Source: Candidatus Eiseniibacteriota bacterium | GTDB lineage: Bacteria > Eisenbacteria > RBG-16-71-46 > CAZAMP01 | NCBI GenBank assembly: GCA_965224245.1 | Contig: OZ245046.1 | Coordinates: forward strand, 800,001 to 864,000 | Length of the DNA stretch: 64,000 nucleotides | Direction of reading: 5' to 3' | Shown here: one piece after another, positions 10,501-19,158 of the stretch | Position numbering within the stretch: position 1 is the first letter of the stretch | Layout of the letters: each line of letters starts with the position of its first letter | Notes under the pieces: model-generated | What the model was told of the DNA's origin: nothing | Seen by the model: the letters and a program-made list of their open reading frames with translations, nothing else | Databases searched by the model: none | Position numbers and translations under genes: made by a program

Positions 10501-11043
10501 CGGCGCCGGAATCGAGGGATCGTCGAGCACGACCCCCTGGATGAAGCGCGGCGTTCCCGTGTGCGAGTCGAAGACCAGCCGGAGCGCGTCTCCGTTCCGC
10601 CGCATCAGACGATCCCAGGTCCGGACCGCGTCCGGGGACGCGAGATGGCGCCGCGCCGAGGGGGCCACGCCGAGCTCGCTGGAGAGCACGAGCGCCTCGA
10701 GCTTCGCGACGCCGTCCGCGAGCAGCCGATCGCGGTCGTAGTGCCGGGCGGAGGTTGGCGCGGCGGTCCGTCCGGACTTCAGTGCGGAGGCGGTGGCGGC
10801 GCCCGACTTGGTCGCCGGCGGCGGGGTGCTCGTGTCGATCGCGAGCGGTACCGGGAGCGTGTCCAGGTCGATCGCGCTCGCGAGGCTCGGCACGGTGGCC
10901 GTGAGACAGAGCGTGAATAGCGCCGACACCACCGGGGACATCGCTCGCGCCGCGCGCGGCGTGGGCCGCCACGGGCTCGAGCCGGCCGGAGCGAGAAGCG
11001 ATGTCGTCGAGTGTGACGCGCGGTCGGGCGTCGTGCTTGTCAT
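7510..11043 (-). CDS. Secreted M4 (thermolysin-family) metalloprotease with propeptide, C-terminal propeller-like region and FlgD-Ig domain
   Basis: NAFWNG, AHEMSH, GALNEHFAD, GGVHINSGIPN; FTP/PepSY-like propeptide; C-terminal PNP...IFDVSGRRV...WDATDGRGSRLPAGEY; GGAG RBS before ATG 11043. Confidence 0.93.
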   Translation of the reverse strand: MTSTTPDRASHSTTSLLAPAGSSPWRPTPRAARAMSPVVSALFTLCLTATVPSLASAIDLDTLPVPLAIDTSTPPPATKSGAATASALKSGRTAAPTSARHYDRDRLLADGVAKLEALVLSSELGVAPSARRHLASPDAVRTWDRLMRRNGDALRLVFDSHTGTPRFIQGVVLDDPSIPAPAHPEEAAARLLDEIAPLLRLEDASAELLAYQSLAGRDGTVAIRHAQAYRGLRVWGRDLIVRVDDSGRVTGVSARTVPSPVGISIEPTVSESAARTTALASMPATGVTATVEETELVFYGRDAVSLAWRVRASAGLAHRDDVFVDAENGLILGRETLVPHGGGAITGSGVDLSGTTRSLELYEDGGTVFMINTTKDMFDASGTLPQEGKGVINLLDARNGDGSQLFFVTSPSATSWTGFENAVSAAFFADLVYDYFRSAHDRVSIDAAGMNMNLIVNFQNGFNNAFWNGTFMVFGNGDGTSFSDLAGTLDVTAHEMSHGVIEHTANLVYEFQSGALNEHFADVFGVSTDFHHNGAEANWLLGEDVTTPAIAGDCLRNMEHPDGADVAFGGQQPAHMDQFQDLPIDQDNGGVHINSGIPNRAYFLAATTGGMTVAKAEEIWYRTLSMYLNRNSQFADFRLGIRQAAADLHGAGSLEQDAVTAALDAVGMTAEEDTDDPVDLPDNEGVDFLSVIDAGSGEIVAVSVPVGEGSTIDAISGGLSIADGGRPSFADDGSAMAFVGSDQHVYLAAEGSIFQISADPEWWSVALSAGGRFLAATPFVEDNTIFVFDLIEPGNSAAFELATQTSGESGSDNILYADVLEFAVGGDFLVYDALHNVSIDGADAQYWDINFLRLTDGLSFRVLQPLPSNESVGNPTFAQNSDNTLAFDYLAGDGNIYVVAVDVVTGESGIVTNNFSSLGRPTFAGDDAGIYYEFTNGGGSSIWFVSLAADGLTGAGDDTQLLTGGFWPVHFTVGVRETPVLLESLAGSWSESTVSLSWRAPARIPMFEIERAGDAGSFESRTPTPLLASELADETGLCTWSDVVDVDAARLTYRIVGIDAHGERQELGRLTVLPSGTLSAQGAIMLPASPNPLVDATRLRVVIPRSLTGVPVTLEIFDVSGRRVARPIAGEVLAEGRYDIRWDATDGRGSRLPAGEYVALLRGGRQRVATKIMVMSR

Positions 11044-11075
11044 GATCGTGATCTCCAGCAACGGGGTGGTGTCGT

Positions 11076-11528
11076 TCACGTCTCGGAAGAGGCCGTGGCC
11101 AGCATCTCGCGGCAGGCCTCGAACAGGTCGTTCAGCGTGGCGGCGTCGTCGTCGCCGAGCGCCCACCGCACCGAGTGGGTGCGACCCTCGGCGGTGACCT
11201 CGATCACGCGTGTCATGTTGCCCGGCGGTCGCGAGTCGAGCTCGAAAAACCCCGCGTCCTCGACGGACTTCCACAGCATCGCGCAGCTCTTCGCGTCGAT
11301 CTTGCCGGCGGCCTCGTCCTCGGCCTTCTCCGAGCGACCCTGCCAGGATGCGACCGTCCCGTCGGCGTGAACGGTGCTGCCCTGCCAGAGTCCGGTGACC
11401 CCGCCGCCCTCACCGAAACGCATACGGAAGTCGTCGGGCACCGACTCCGTCCGGTCTCCGGTGGACTTTGCGCAGCTCAGCGTCGCGACGACGAGCAGCG
11501 CCGCGATCCATCGCCAGGCACCTGTCAT
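11076..11528 (-). CDS. Lipoprotein, possibly emfourin-like protease inhibitor
   Basis: GGAGGT RBS; signal with TLSC lipobox; GGG(V)TG, GFFEL and VIEV...HSVRW segments. Confidence 0.65.
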   Translation of the reverse strand: MTGAWRWIAALLVVATLSCAKSTGDRTESVPDDFRMRFGEGGGVTGLWQGSTVHADGTVASWQGRSEKAEDEAAGKIDAKSCAMLWKSVEDAGFFELDSRPPGNMTRVIEVTAEGRTHSVRWALGDDDAATLNDLFEACREMLATASSET

Positions 11529-11633
11529 GTTGGGAACCTCCAGCGTGTGTTGCGAACGTCTCACGCCAACTCCGCGCGATGGTACGTGACGGGAGCCCGG
11601 TTCCCAAGGCGAGCGCCGGGTCCGCGCCGCCGA

Positions 11634-13340
11634 TCACGTCCCGGACCGGACCCGATGCCAGCGGCGAAGCTCGTCGCGGGGGCCGTGACGTCCCACCACG
11701 GTCTCGATCGGGACGACCTCGCCGTCGGCGAGCTGGACACCCGCCGCGACCCCGGGCAGGCCGACCTGGGGCGGGGTGACGAACACGACCGTGCCGATCG
11801 GCGACCCGTTGCGATCGAGCGTGCCCTCGGCGTGCCAGTAGCCGGGATCGCCGATCGACCCGTTGGTCGTCTCCCGGCGCACGTACACGCCGGCGTACTT
11901 GAACGTGGCGCCGCCGAAGCTCGCTTGCGTCTCGTTCCAGAGGTGAGAGTTCGTGACGAAGTTGTCCACGTAGATCGACTTGTATCGATAAGCCTCCGCC
12001 ACCTGAAACGTCACCAGCGGTGACTGAACCGTGCCCAGCGCGGTCTGGTACGTGTCGTACGTCGCGCTGGAGCCGCTGACCTCCGAGTCGATCTCGCTCT
12101 CGAACGTGAGGTCGAGCTGGTGCGGCTCGCCCTGGTACTCGATCGTGCCCCGGAAGGTCCGACCGTACTGCGTGAGCGTGCGTCGCACGGCGTGGGCGTC
12201 GTGCCGTCCGATCGACTGTTTCCGCGGACCCGGCCCGGCCCAGACGCTGCGGATCGCCACGTCGACGACCGACCCCAGCTTCACGTCGAAGTCGAGGTCG
12301 TCGTGGTAGTCCCGGAACGACTCCCACGTGCTCGAGATGTCGCCGATGAACGTCCGCACGACGAACTCCAGCGGAACGCTCAGCCCCGAGAGCACGACGA
12401 CGAGCCGGTCGGTCGGTGTGGGGTCGTAGGTGAACGTCTCGGAGTCCGGTCCACCGATCTGGGTCAGCGTGCCCACGAGCGTGCCCTCGGGATCGCCGCT
12501 CAGCTCGGAGGCGAGGAACACGGCCTGTGCCACGAGGTCGATCGACTCCGACAGGAACTCCGACGCGTCCTCCCCGGCCCCGAACATCGACGAGGCGACC
12601 CGTCGCTCGTTCGTGGTCATTCCGGACTCGGTCAGGTCGATCGTGACCGAGCCCGAGACCGACGGCGCGGCCACGCTCGTGGCGCGAACGGTCGCGGTCG
12701 GTGGATCGGGAAGCGATCCCGGCGCCGTGAACACGCCGCTCGCGGAGACGGTGCCACGGCCGCTCTCGACGACGCTCCAGGTCACGTCGGTGGCGTCGGT
12801 CCCGACCACCGTCGCGGTCAGGGTCAGGCTCTCGCCGAGCCGCACGATGGCGTCCGAGGGTGCGACCGACACGGCGATCGCGACGCCGTCGTTGTCCACC
12901 GTGACGTCGACTGCGTCGTCGTCGGTCCCCGCGTCGTTCGTGGCGCGGGCCGCGATCCGGTGCGTGCCGTCGCTCACCGAGCCCGACGCCCAGGTCGTCG
13001 AGAACGGCGCCTCCTCGTCGGTGGCGACGTCGATGCCGTCGACCGAGAACGTGACCCGGGTGGCGCGTTCGGCGGTGGCCGTGATCGTGACGTCGCCGGA
13101 GATCGTGGCCGCGTCGGACGGCGAGGCGATCCTGACCACCGGAGCGTCCGGGTTGCCCTCGTCGGGTGTGGTGCCACCATCTCCGGAATCCGAGCCGCAT
13201 CCGAGCGGGGCGAGCATGGCGATCCCGATGGAGACCGACACCACCGTGCGGATCGAGCGGGATCCGATCGGTCGGCCCGGGACGGGCGCGGACCGATCAC
13301 GGGACGACGTGAGCGGACGAGGCTGAGTTCGCGGAGACAT
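11634..13340 (-). CDS. Lipoprotein with bacterial Ig-like domains and unknown C-terminal domain
   Basis: LAPLGC lipobox; P.V.I.SP....ISG...DG.H.I.A.A (Big_7-like) and VSVAPS...VTWSV...G.F.AP (Big_2-like) patterns. Confidence 0.8.
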   Translation of the reverse strand: MSPRTQPRPLTSSRDRSAPVPGRPIGSRSIRTVVSVSIGIAMLAPLGCGSDSGDGGTTPDEGNPDAPVVRIASPSDAATISGDVTITATAERATRVTFSVDGIDVATDEEAPFSTTWASGSVSDGTHRIAARATNDAGTDDDAVDVTVDNDGVAIAVSVAPSDAIVRLGESLTLTATVVGTDATDVTWSVVESGRGTVSASGVFTAPGSLPDPPTATVRATSVAAPSVSGSVTIDLTESGMTTNERRVASSMFGAGEDASEFLSESIDLVAQAVFLASELSGDPEGTLVGTLTQIGGPDSETFTYDPTPTDRLVVVLSGLSVPLEFVVRTFIGDISSTWESFRDYHDDLDFDVKLGSVVDVAIRSVWAGPGPRKQSIGRHDAHAVRRTLTQYGRTFRGTIEYQGEPHQLDLTFESEIDSEVSGSSATYDTYQTALGTVQSPLVTFQVAEAYRYKSIYVDNFVTNSHLWNETQASFGGATFKYAGVYVRRETTNGSIGDPGYWHAEGTLDRNGSPIGTVVFVTPPQVGLPGVAAGVQLADGEVVPIETVVGRHGPRDELRRWHRVRSGT

Positions 13341-13490
13341 GAGCCGAGAATCCTTCTTCACGTGGGGACGGTTTTCGAGCGCCGCCTCGGCGGCCGCGGC
13401 GGCGACACCGGGGCGTGTCGACGGTGCACACACATACCCGTTCACGACGCGTCTCACGAGACCCAAAACCGCCAGTGGATCTGGCCTCCA

Positions 13491-13519
13491 GTTAAGACGT
13501 TGATTTTAAAGACGATACG
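13491..13519. promoter_or_regulatory. IHF-like site within a 29-bp quasi-palindromic motif
   Basis: TAAGACGTTGATT (13493-13505) matches the IHF consensus WATCAANNNNTTR on the minus strand; AT-rich island between divergent genes. Confidence 0.5.
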
Positions 13520-13678
13520 CGAAAGCGGCATTCGGGCCCCGGCTCGCCGACGGTGCGTGTGAAACAATACGTACAATCCACGGCCCGCCTAGAGATGTTC
13601 CGTATTGGACGCGGGGTGTAGCGGCGGCCACAATCGTCCGACATCTTCGGTGAAGCCGGCCACCTCGGGAGGGAATTG

Positions 13679-14941
13679 ATGGAGCGCGACGTCCGCCGGA
13701 ACCCGGGTCTCTTGAAGCTCGACCTCTACTGCAAGGGTCTCCGCCTGGACGACTCGTTCTTCCAGGATCGCGACGGCCGCCAGATCATGCGCACGCGCGC
13801 CGGTCTCGGGAGTGGCCTGGAGCTGGTTCTCCCGGATGGGCTGTGGACCAACGTCCCGGTCACCGAGCCGTTTGCGAAGGACTCGCCGTACATTCTGTTC
13901 CGCGAGAACGGCGCGCTCCGGATCCGCCGGGACGGCGATCGCGAGCGAGTGGCGGACGTCATGCTGTCCCCGAAGCCACCGTGGTACGAGCGGCACACGA
14001 CCAGCGGGAAGCCGATGACGCGCGTCGGATCGCTGCAGGGCACGTACCTCGGCATCTACCCGGCGAAGGTCTGCGAGTACTGGCTCGAGAAGCCCGAGAA
14101 GTCCAACTGCAAGTTCTGCTCGGTGGGGCTGAACCTCGGGGTCGACGACGCCGACGAGAAGTCGGTCGAGGAGGTCCTGGAGGTCGTGGTGGCCGCGCGC
14201 GAGGAGAGCGACGTCACCTACGTCGACTTCAACACCGGGCACTACCAGGGCGACACGTACCTCGACATCCTCGAGCCGTACATCCGCCGCGTCAAGCAAG
14301 AGACCGGCGTCCTGATCGGCGTGCAGACTCCGCCCCATCACGACCTCTCGCGCTACGACGCGCTCAAGAAGATGGGCGTCAATCGGGTCTCGTTCTGCTT
14401 CGAGATCTACGATCGCGAGCGGTTCCAGGAGGTCTGTCCCGGCAAGCACCGGGAGTACGGCCTGGACCGCTATCTGGAGGCGGTCCGTTACTGTGCCGCG
14501 CTCGGCGGCAACCGATCGTTCCGCAAGGTCGAGCCGTGGGTCTCGAACGGCGAGATCATCGCGGGGCTCGAGCCGCCCGAATCCTCGATGGCCGCCATCG
14601 ACTGGATCACGTCGGCGGGAGCGATCCCCACCGTGTGTGTGTTCCGACCGCTGGCCGGCACCGACTATCGCGACGTGCCGCCACCCCAGACCGAGGATCT
14701 GATCCCGGTGTTCGCACGTCTCTACGAGAGCTGCATGGATCGCGGTCTCCCGATCGGGATGGCGCCGAACGTCCACGTCAGCCTCGTGCTCCTGCCCGAG
14801 GAGGGACGGTACTTCGTGGACCGGCCCGAGCGGTACCGCCTCAAGGAGATGCGCCGCCGCGCCATGAAGGCCGTGTTCAGCCGCCGGTTCCGAAAGGAGC
14901 TGGAGAAGGCCGACGCGACGAGGCGTGCCCACGCCTCGTGA
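13679..14941 (+). CDS. Radical SAM protein (non-canonical Cx11Cx2C motif)
   Basis: CEYWLEKPEKSNCKFC; CPGK and IIAGLE segments; GGAGGG RBS. Confidence 0.85.
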   Translation: MERDVRRNPGLLKLDLYCKGLRLDDSFFQDRDGRQIMRTRAGLGSGLELVLPDGLWTNVPVTEPFAKDSPYILFRENGALRIRRDGDRERVADVMLSPKPPWYERHTTSGKPMTRVGSLQGTYLGIYPAKVCEYWLEKPEKSNCKFCSVGLNLGVDDADEKSVEEVLEVVVAAREESDVTYVDFNTGHYQGDTYLDILEPYIRRVKQETGVLIGVQTPPHHDLSRYDALKKMGVNRVSFCFEIYDRERFQEVCPGKHREYGLDRYLEAVRYCAALGGNRSFRKVEPWVSNGEIIAGLEPPESSMAAIDWITSAGAIPTVCVFRPLAGTDYRDVPPPQTEDLIPVFARLYESCMDRGLPIGMAPNVHVSLVLLPEEGRYFVDRPERYRLKEMRRRAMKAVFSRRFRKELEKADATRRAHAS

Positions 14942-14971
14942 CGGCCGGCCTTCAAGGGACGTACCGGCCGC

Positions 14972-16648
14972 TCAGCCCTTCGCCGACAGATTCTCGAGCG
15001 TGTAGGACTGGATCTCGGCCGCGAGCGCGCGTGCGCGAGCCAGCGCGGTCTCGGCTCGCCGGGTCGTCTCGGCGAGAAACTCCGCGTCGGGCTCCCCGTT
15101 CAGGTTGATCAGCACGTTGTAGTACGCCCCCTCGGCGCAGGCCAGGCCGGTGAGCCCCGCGACGCCGGCGTCGCTGAGGGAGGCGGGGTTGCCCCGCTCG
15201 GCGATCTCGCGCGCGACCTCGAGCGTGGGCACCGTGTGCTCGAGCACGGACAGCGGCACGCGCGTGGCCTCGTGGTTCGCCTCCAGGATGGCCGCCTCGC
15301 GCGCAGCGATCTCCGCATCGGTCTTCCTCGGGAGACGCCGGGCGGCGATCACGCCATCGAAGGCATCGGTGTCCCGATCGATCGCTCCCACGAAGAAGGC
15401 GCGCTCGGCCTCGCCGCGGATCGCGATGTCGTCCAGCACCGGCCGCGCCTCCTGGAACCCCTTCTTCGCGTAGGACAGGTGCGCGACCATCGTCGACAGC
15501 GACGCGGACAGCGCCCCACAGAGCGCGGCCACGCTGCCTCCTCCGGGAGCGGGGGAGTCCGATGCGAGCTCGACCGAGAACTCCCGCACCGTCATCGAGG
15601 CCAGCCGTCCCTTCGGGCGGATCCGGTACTCGATGATCTTCTCATCGGGATCGAACGGGGTCAGGTCGTCCAGTCCCAGCGACTGCACGGCGACGGACAC
15701 CAGCCGCTCCTCGGGCACGCCGGTCGACTCACCCTGCTTCGCGAGGTAGTGCTTCCCGGCGGCCAGCATCGCGTCCAGCGGGATGAGACCGACGATCTCG
15801 CTGCCGGTCACGCGGAGCCCCCGCGCGTGCGCGCCGCGCTCGATCTCGTCGAAGACCTCGTGCACCGGGCTCACGTGGTGGTTCGTCAGGTTCATCGAGA
15901 CCTGGGCGCGCTGGTACTCGTCGATGTACCAGCCGACACCCTTGACGTTCTTGAACGTGCCGGGCTTGCGGAGCGCCTTGCCATCCTCGTCCCGCGCGAT
16001 CACACCGTCGTCGGTCCGCGCGAAGCGCCCCTGCTCGCGCACGTCGAGCGCGATGTCGTGTGCGAGCGCCTTGTTGCGCGTGTTCAGGTTCACGTTGTAC
16101 GCGATCAGGAACTCGCGCGCGCCGATCGCGGTCGCGCCCGAGCGCGCGTTGAACGTGGACGGACCGAAGTCGGGCTTCCAGTTCGGATCGGACAGCTTGG
16201 CCGAGAGACCCTCGTACTCGCCCTTGCGGACGTCGGCGAGGTTTTGCCGGTCTTCGCAGGACGCGGCGTGCTCGTAGAGGTAGACCGGGATCCCGAGCTC
16301 GTCACCCACGCGCGCAGCCAGGCGGCGCGCGATCTCGACGCACTCGTCCATCGTGACGCCGGCCACCGGGACGAACGGGCACACGTCTGTCGCGCCCATG
16401 CGAGCGTGCTCTCCGGTGTGCTTGGACATGTCGATCAGCTGTGCGGCGCGCGCGATGGCCTGGAAGGCGGCCTCCTCGACCGCGTCGGGCGGGCCCACGA
16501 TCGTGAAGACCGTCCGGTTCGTGGCCTTTCCCGGGTCCACGTCCAGAAGCGAGGCACCCTCGACACTCCGGATCGCGTCGGAGATGGCGTCCAGCACACG
16601 CCGATCCCGCCCCTCGCTGAAGTTCGGAACACACTCCACGATCTTCAC
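14972..16648 (-). CDS. ftcD: Bifunctional glutamate formiminotransferase / formiminotetrahydrofolate cyclodeaminase
   Basis: VECVPNFSEGR, HARMGATDVCPF, GAREFLIAYN; C-terminal SPAPGGGSVAA and NVLINL cyclodeaminase motifs. Confidence 0.95.
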   Translation of the reverse strand: MKIVECVPNFSEGRDRRVLDAISDAIRSVEGASLLDVDPGKATNRTVFTIVGPPDAVEEAAFQAIARAAQLIDMSKHTGEHARMGATDVCPFVPVAGVTMDECVEIARRLAARVGDELGIPVYLYEHAASCEDRQNLADVRKGEYEGLSAKLSDPNWKPDFGPSTFNARSGATAIGAREFLIAYNVNLNTRNKALAHDIALDVREQGRFARTDDGVIARDEDGKALRKPGTFKNVKGVGWYIDEYQRAQVSMNLTNHHVSPVHEVFDEIERGAHARGLRVTGSEIVGLIPLDAMLAAGKHYLAKQGESTGVPEERLVSVAVQSLGLDDLTPFDPDEKIIEYRIRPKGRLASMTVREFSVELASDSPAPGGGSVAALCGALSASLSTMVAHLSYAKKGFQEARPVLDDIAIRGEAERAFFVGAIDRDTDAFDGVIAARRLPRKTDAEIAAREAAILEANHEATRVPLSVLEHTVPTLEVAREIAERGNPASLSDAGVAGLTGLACAEGAYYNVLINLNGEPDAEFLAETTRRAETALARARALAAEIQSYTLENLSAKG

Positions 16649-16843
16649 GGCACTCTTCTCCCACGCCGCCAAACGCCGGCGTAACTGACATCCACGGAGT
16701 AACTTGAAGGTCGATGACGCTATCACGCGGCAGGACGGACGGTCAATCCGGCGCGCGCCCCCGTCACACGCATTCGCGACGCGCGCTGCGCCGCGTGATC
16801 CCGACGCGCCCCCGCGGTGCGCGATCGCGCGCCGGGGCCTTGC

Positions 16844-16873
16844 TTGACCTGCGATTCGAGACCGTGATAGCCT
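16844..16873 (+). promoter_or_regulatory. Putative sigma70 promoter for yebC-ruvC-ruvA
   Basis: TTGACC-N18-TAGCCT with TG extended -10. Confidence 0.5.
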
Positions 16874-16938
16874 CCGCCGAAACACGATCCGTCCTTTCAA
16901 CTGACCGCCAGACAAAGAGTTGGGGAGTTTCAAGGGGT

Positions 16939-17691
16939 ATGGCTGGCCATTCAAAATGGGCGAACATCAAGCACCGCAAGGGGCGTCAGGACGCCGCGCG
17001 CGGGAAGCTGTTCGGAAAGCTCATTCGGGAGATCACCGTCGCCGCGAAGATGGGTGGGGGTGACATCGACGCGAATCCGCGTCTGCGCCTGGCGGTCGAC
17101 AAGGCTCGCAAGCAGTCGATGCCGAAGGACACCATCGAGCGCGCGGTCGCCAAGGGCGCGGGTGCGGGCGAGGGCGGCGAGTCCCTCGAGGAGATCACGT
17201 ACGAGGGATACGGGGCCAAGGGCGTGGCCATCATGCTCGAGGTGATCACCGACAACAAGAACCGCACGACGCCCGAGATCCGGCACCTGTTCTCGAAGTA
17301 CGGCGGCAACCTCGGCACCGACGGGTGCGTGGCCTGGATCTTCGAGACGCGCGGTGTGATTCAGATCGCCAGGTCGGACACCGACGAGGATCGCCTCATG
17401 GAGCTGGCGCTCGAGGCCGGCGCCGAGGACGTCGTCACCGAGGACGAGCACTACGAGGTGCGCACGAGCTTCGAGGGCTTCGAGACCGTGCGCCAGGCGC
17501 TCGAGGCCGCGGGGCTCACGCTCCAGAACGCCGAGGTCACCAAGGTGCCGCAGAACGAGATCACGCTGGACGAGGACGACGCGAAGTCGGTGCTGAAGCT
17601 CCTCGAGATGCTCGAGGACCACGACGACGTCCAGCAGGTCCACTCCAACTTCGACGTCTCGGAAGAGGTGCTCGCCAAGCTCAGTGAGTGA
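16939..17691 (+). CDS. yebC: YebC/PmpR family protein
   Basis: MAGHSKWANIKHRK, NPRLR, YEGYG, DDVQ.V.SN. Confidence 0.98.
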   Translation: MAGHSKWANIKHRKGRQDAARGKLFGKLIREITVAAKMGGGDIDANPRLRLAVDKARKQSMPKDTIERAVAKGAGAGEGGESLEEITYEGYGAKGVAIMLEVITDNKNRTTPEIRHLFSKYGGNLGTDGCVAWIFETRGVIQIARSDTDEDRLMELALEAGAEDVVTEDEHYEVRTSFEGFETVRQALEAAGLTLQNAEVTKVPQNEITLDEDDAKSVLKLLEMLEDHDDVQQVHSNFDVSEEVLAKLSE

Positions 17692-18208
17692 GGAGACGCC
17701 CGTGCTCGTGTTGGGTATCGATCCCGGAACCCGTGCCACCGGCTACGGGGCCGTGGCGCGCGAGGCCGATCGGTTCGTGTGTGCCGAGCGTGGCGTCATC
17801 CGACCGCGGAGCACCGATCCCCTGGCCAGACGCTTGCTGACGCTCCACGACGCGCTCGACGCGCTGGTCGTCCGCGTCCGCCCCGACGTGATCGCGGTCG
17901 AGGACTGCTTCCAGTCGCGGAACGCGCGCTCCACGCTCAAGCTCGGCCACGTGAAGGGACTGGCGCTGGTGGTGGCGGCCCGGCACGGGATCGAGGTTCA
18001 CGAGTACGCGCCGCGCCGCGTGAAGCAGGCGGTGGTCGGGCGCGGTGGCGCCACCAAGGAGCAGGTGCAGTTCATGGTCACGCGGATGATCGCCGGCCTG
18101 CTGAGCGACACCGACGGGCCCGGCGCCCTGCCCCTGGACCTGACCGACGCACTGGCGGTGGCGGTCTGTCACCATCACGTGGGGCGTCTGGCGGCGTCCC
18201 ATGTCTGA
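17684..18208 (+). CDS. ruvC: Holliday junction resolvase RuvC
   Basis: LGIDPG, AVED, VKQAVVG.G.A.K.QV, DALAVA. Confidence 0.97.
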   Translation: MSEETPVLVLGIDPGTRATGYGAVAREADRFVCAERGVIRPRSTDPLARRLLTLHDALDALVVRVRPDVIAVEDCFQSRNARSTLKLGHVKGLALVVAARHGIEVHEYAPRRVKQAVVGRGGATKEQVQFMVTRMIAGLLSDTDGPGALPLDLTDALAVAVCHHHVGRLAASHV

Positions 18209-18226
18209 GCAGGTGGGCGGGCGACG

Positions 18227-18832
18227 ATGATCACGCTCCTGCGCGGGCGCGTCCTCGACCGGGGACCGGCGTCCCTCGTCGTCGACGTGGGGGGCGTCGG
18301 GCTTCTGGTCGCCGTTCCCGAGCGAACCGCCGGCTCGCTGCCCGACGACGGGCACGAGATCCTCCTCCACACGCATCTCAACGTGCGCGAGACCGCGCTC
18401 GAGCTGTACGGCTTCGCGACCATGGACGATCGGGCGATGTTCCAGGCGCTCATCGGCGTCTCGGGCATCGGGCCGCGCACCGCGCTCGCGGTGCTGTCCC
18501 GGATGTCGGCCGACGCGATCGCGCGCGCGCTCCAGACCCGTGACGTGGATGCGTTCTGCCGTGCGCCGGGCGTCGGCAAGAAGACCGCGCAGCGCGTCGT
18601 GCTCGAGCTCTCCGAGCGGTTCGACATGCACGAGGAGACGGTGGTGGCCACGGGGGCCGGCGTGGCGGCGGTGCAGGACGCGATCCGTGCCCTGATCGCG
18701 CTCGGCTACGGGGATACCCAGGCGCGCAAGGCGGTCTCGTCGGCGCGCCCGGGCCTCGACGACGACGTGACCGCGAGCGCGCTCATTCGCGAGGCGCTGG
18801 TGGGTCTCGGCGCCTCACCGGCCGGTCGCTGA
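18227..18832 (+). CDS. ruvA: Holliday junction branch migration protein RuvA
   Basis: DVGGVG, LYGF, VSGIGP, PGVGKKTA.R, AL.ALGY. Confidence 0.97.
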   Translation: MITLLRGRVLDRGPASLVVDVGGVGLLVAVPERTAGSLPDDGHEILLHTHLNVRETALELYGFATMDDRAMFQALIGVSGIGPRTALAVLSRMSADAIARALQTRDVDAFCRAPGVGKKTAQRVVLELSERFDMHEETVVATGAGVAAVQDAIRALIALGYGDTQARKAVSSARPGLDDDVTASALIREALVGLGASPAGR

Positions 18833-19158
18833 CGTCCGACGACGAGCGACGCCGCGTGGCGGCCGTCACCTCTCGCACGCTGGGGTGCGTGCCACGCCGG
18901 GTCCGAGCCGATGACGCCGCCCGGGGGTGCCACGAGCGCCCATGTGGGCGATCGCGACCGGCGCACCGGCCGCCCACGATCGCCAGCGCCCGGACCGGAC
19001 TCCACGTCGTGCGACGAGGCGGGGTTTGGGCGGTGTATTTCATTTCATGACAAGAAGTTACGTCGACATCGAGCTGGCGTGACCGCGGGTCGTTCGGGTA
19101 TGCTCGGCGCGTCTCGAACGTGATTCGATCGACTCGGTCCCTTCGGTGGAGGTGTCCC

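Noticed and set aside
7861-10920. 1019-aa plus-strand ORF
   Set aside because: Antisense shadow of the M4 protease caused by high-GC codon bias.
16680-16708. Possible fourth copy of the 29-bp motif (CGTAAC...CTTGAA)
   Set aside because: Lacks the internal TTG/CAA positions and has a poor right arm.
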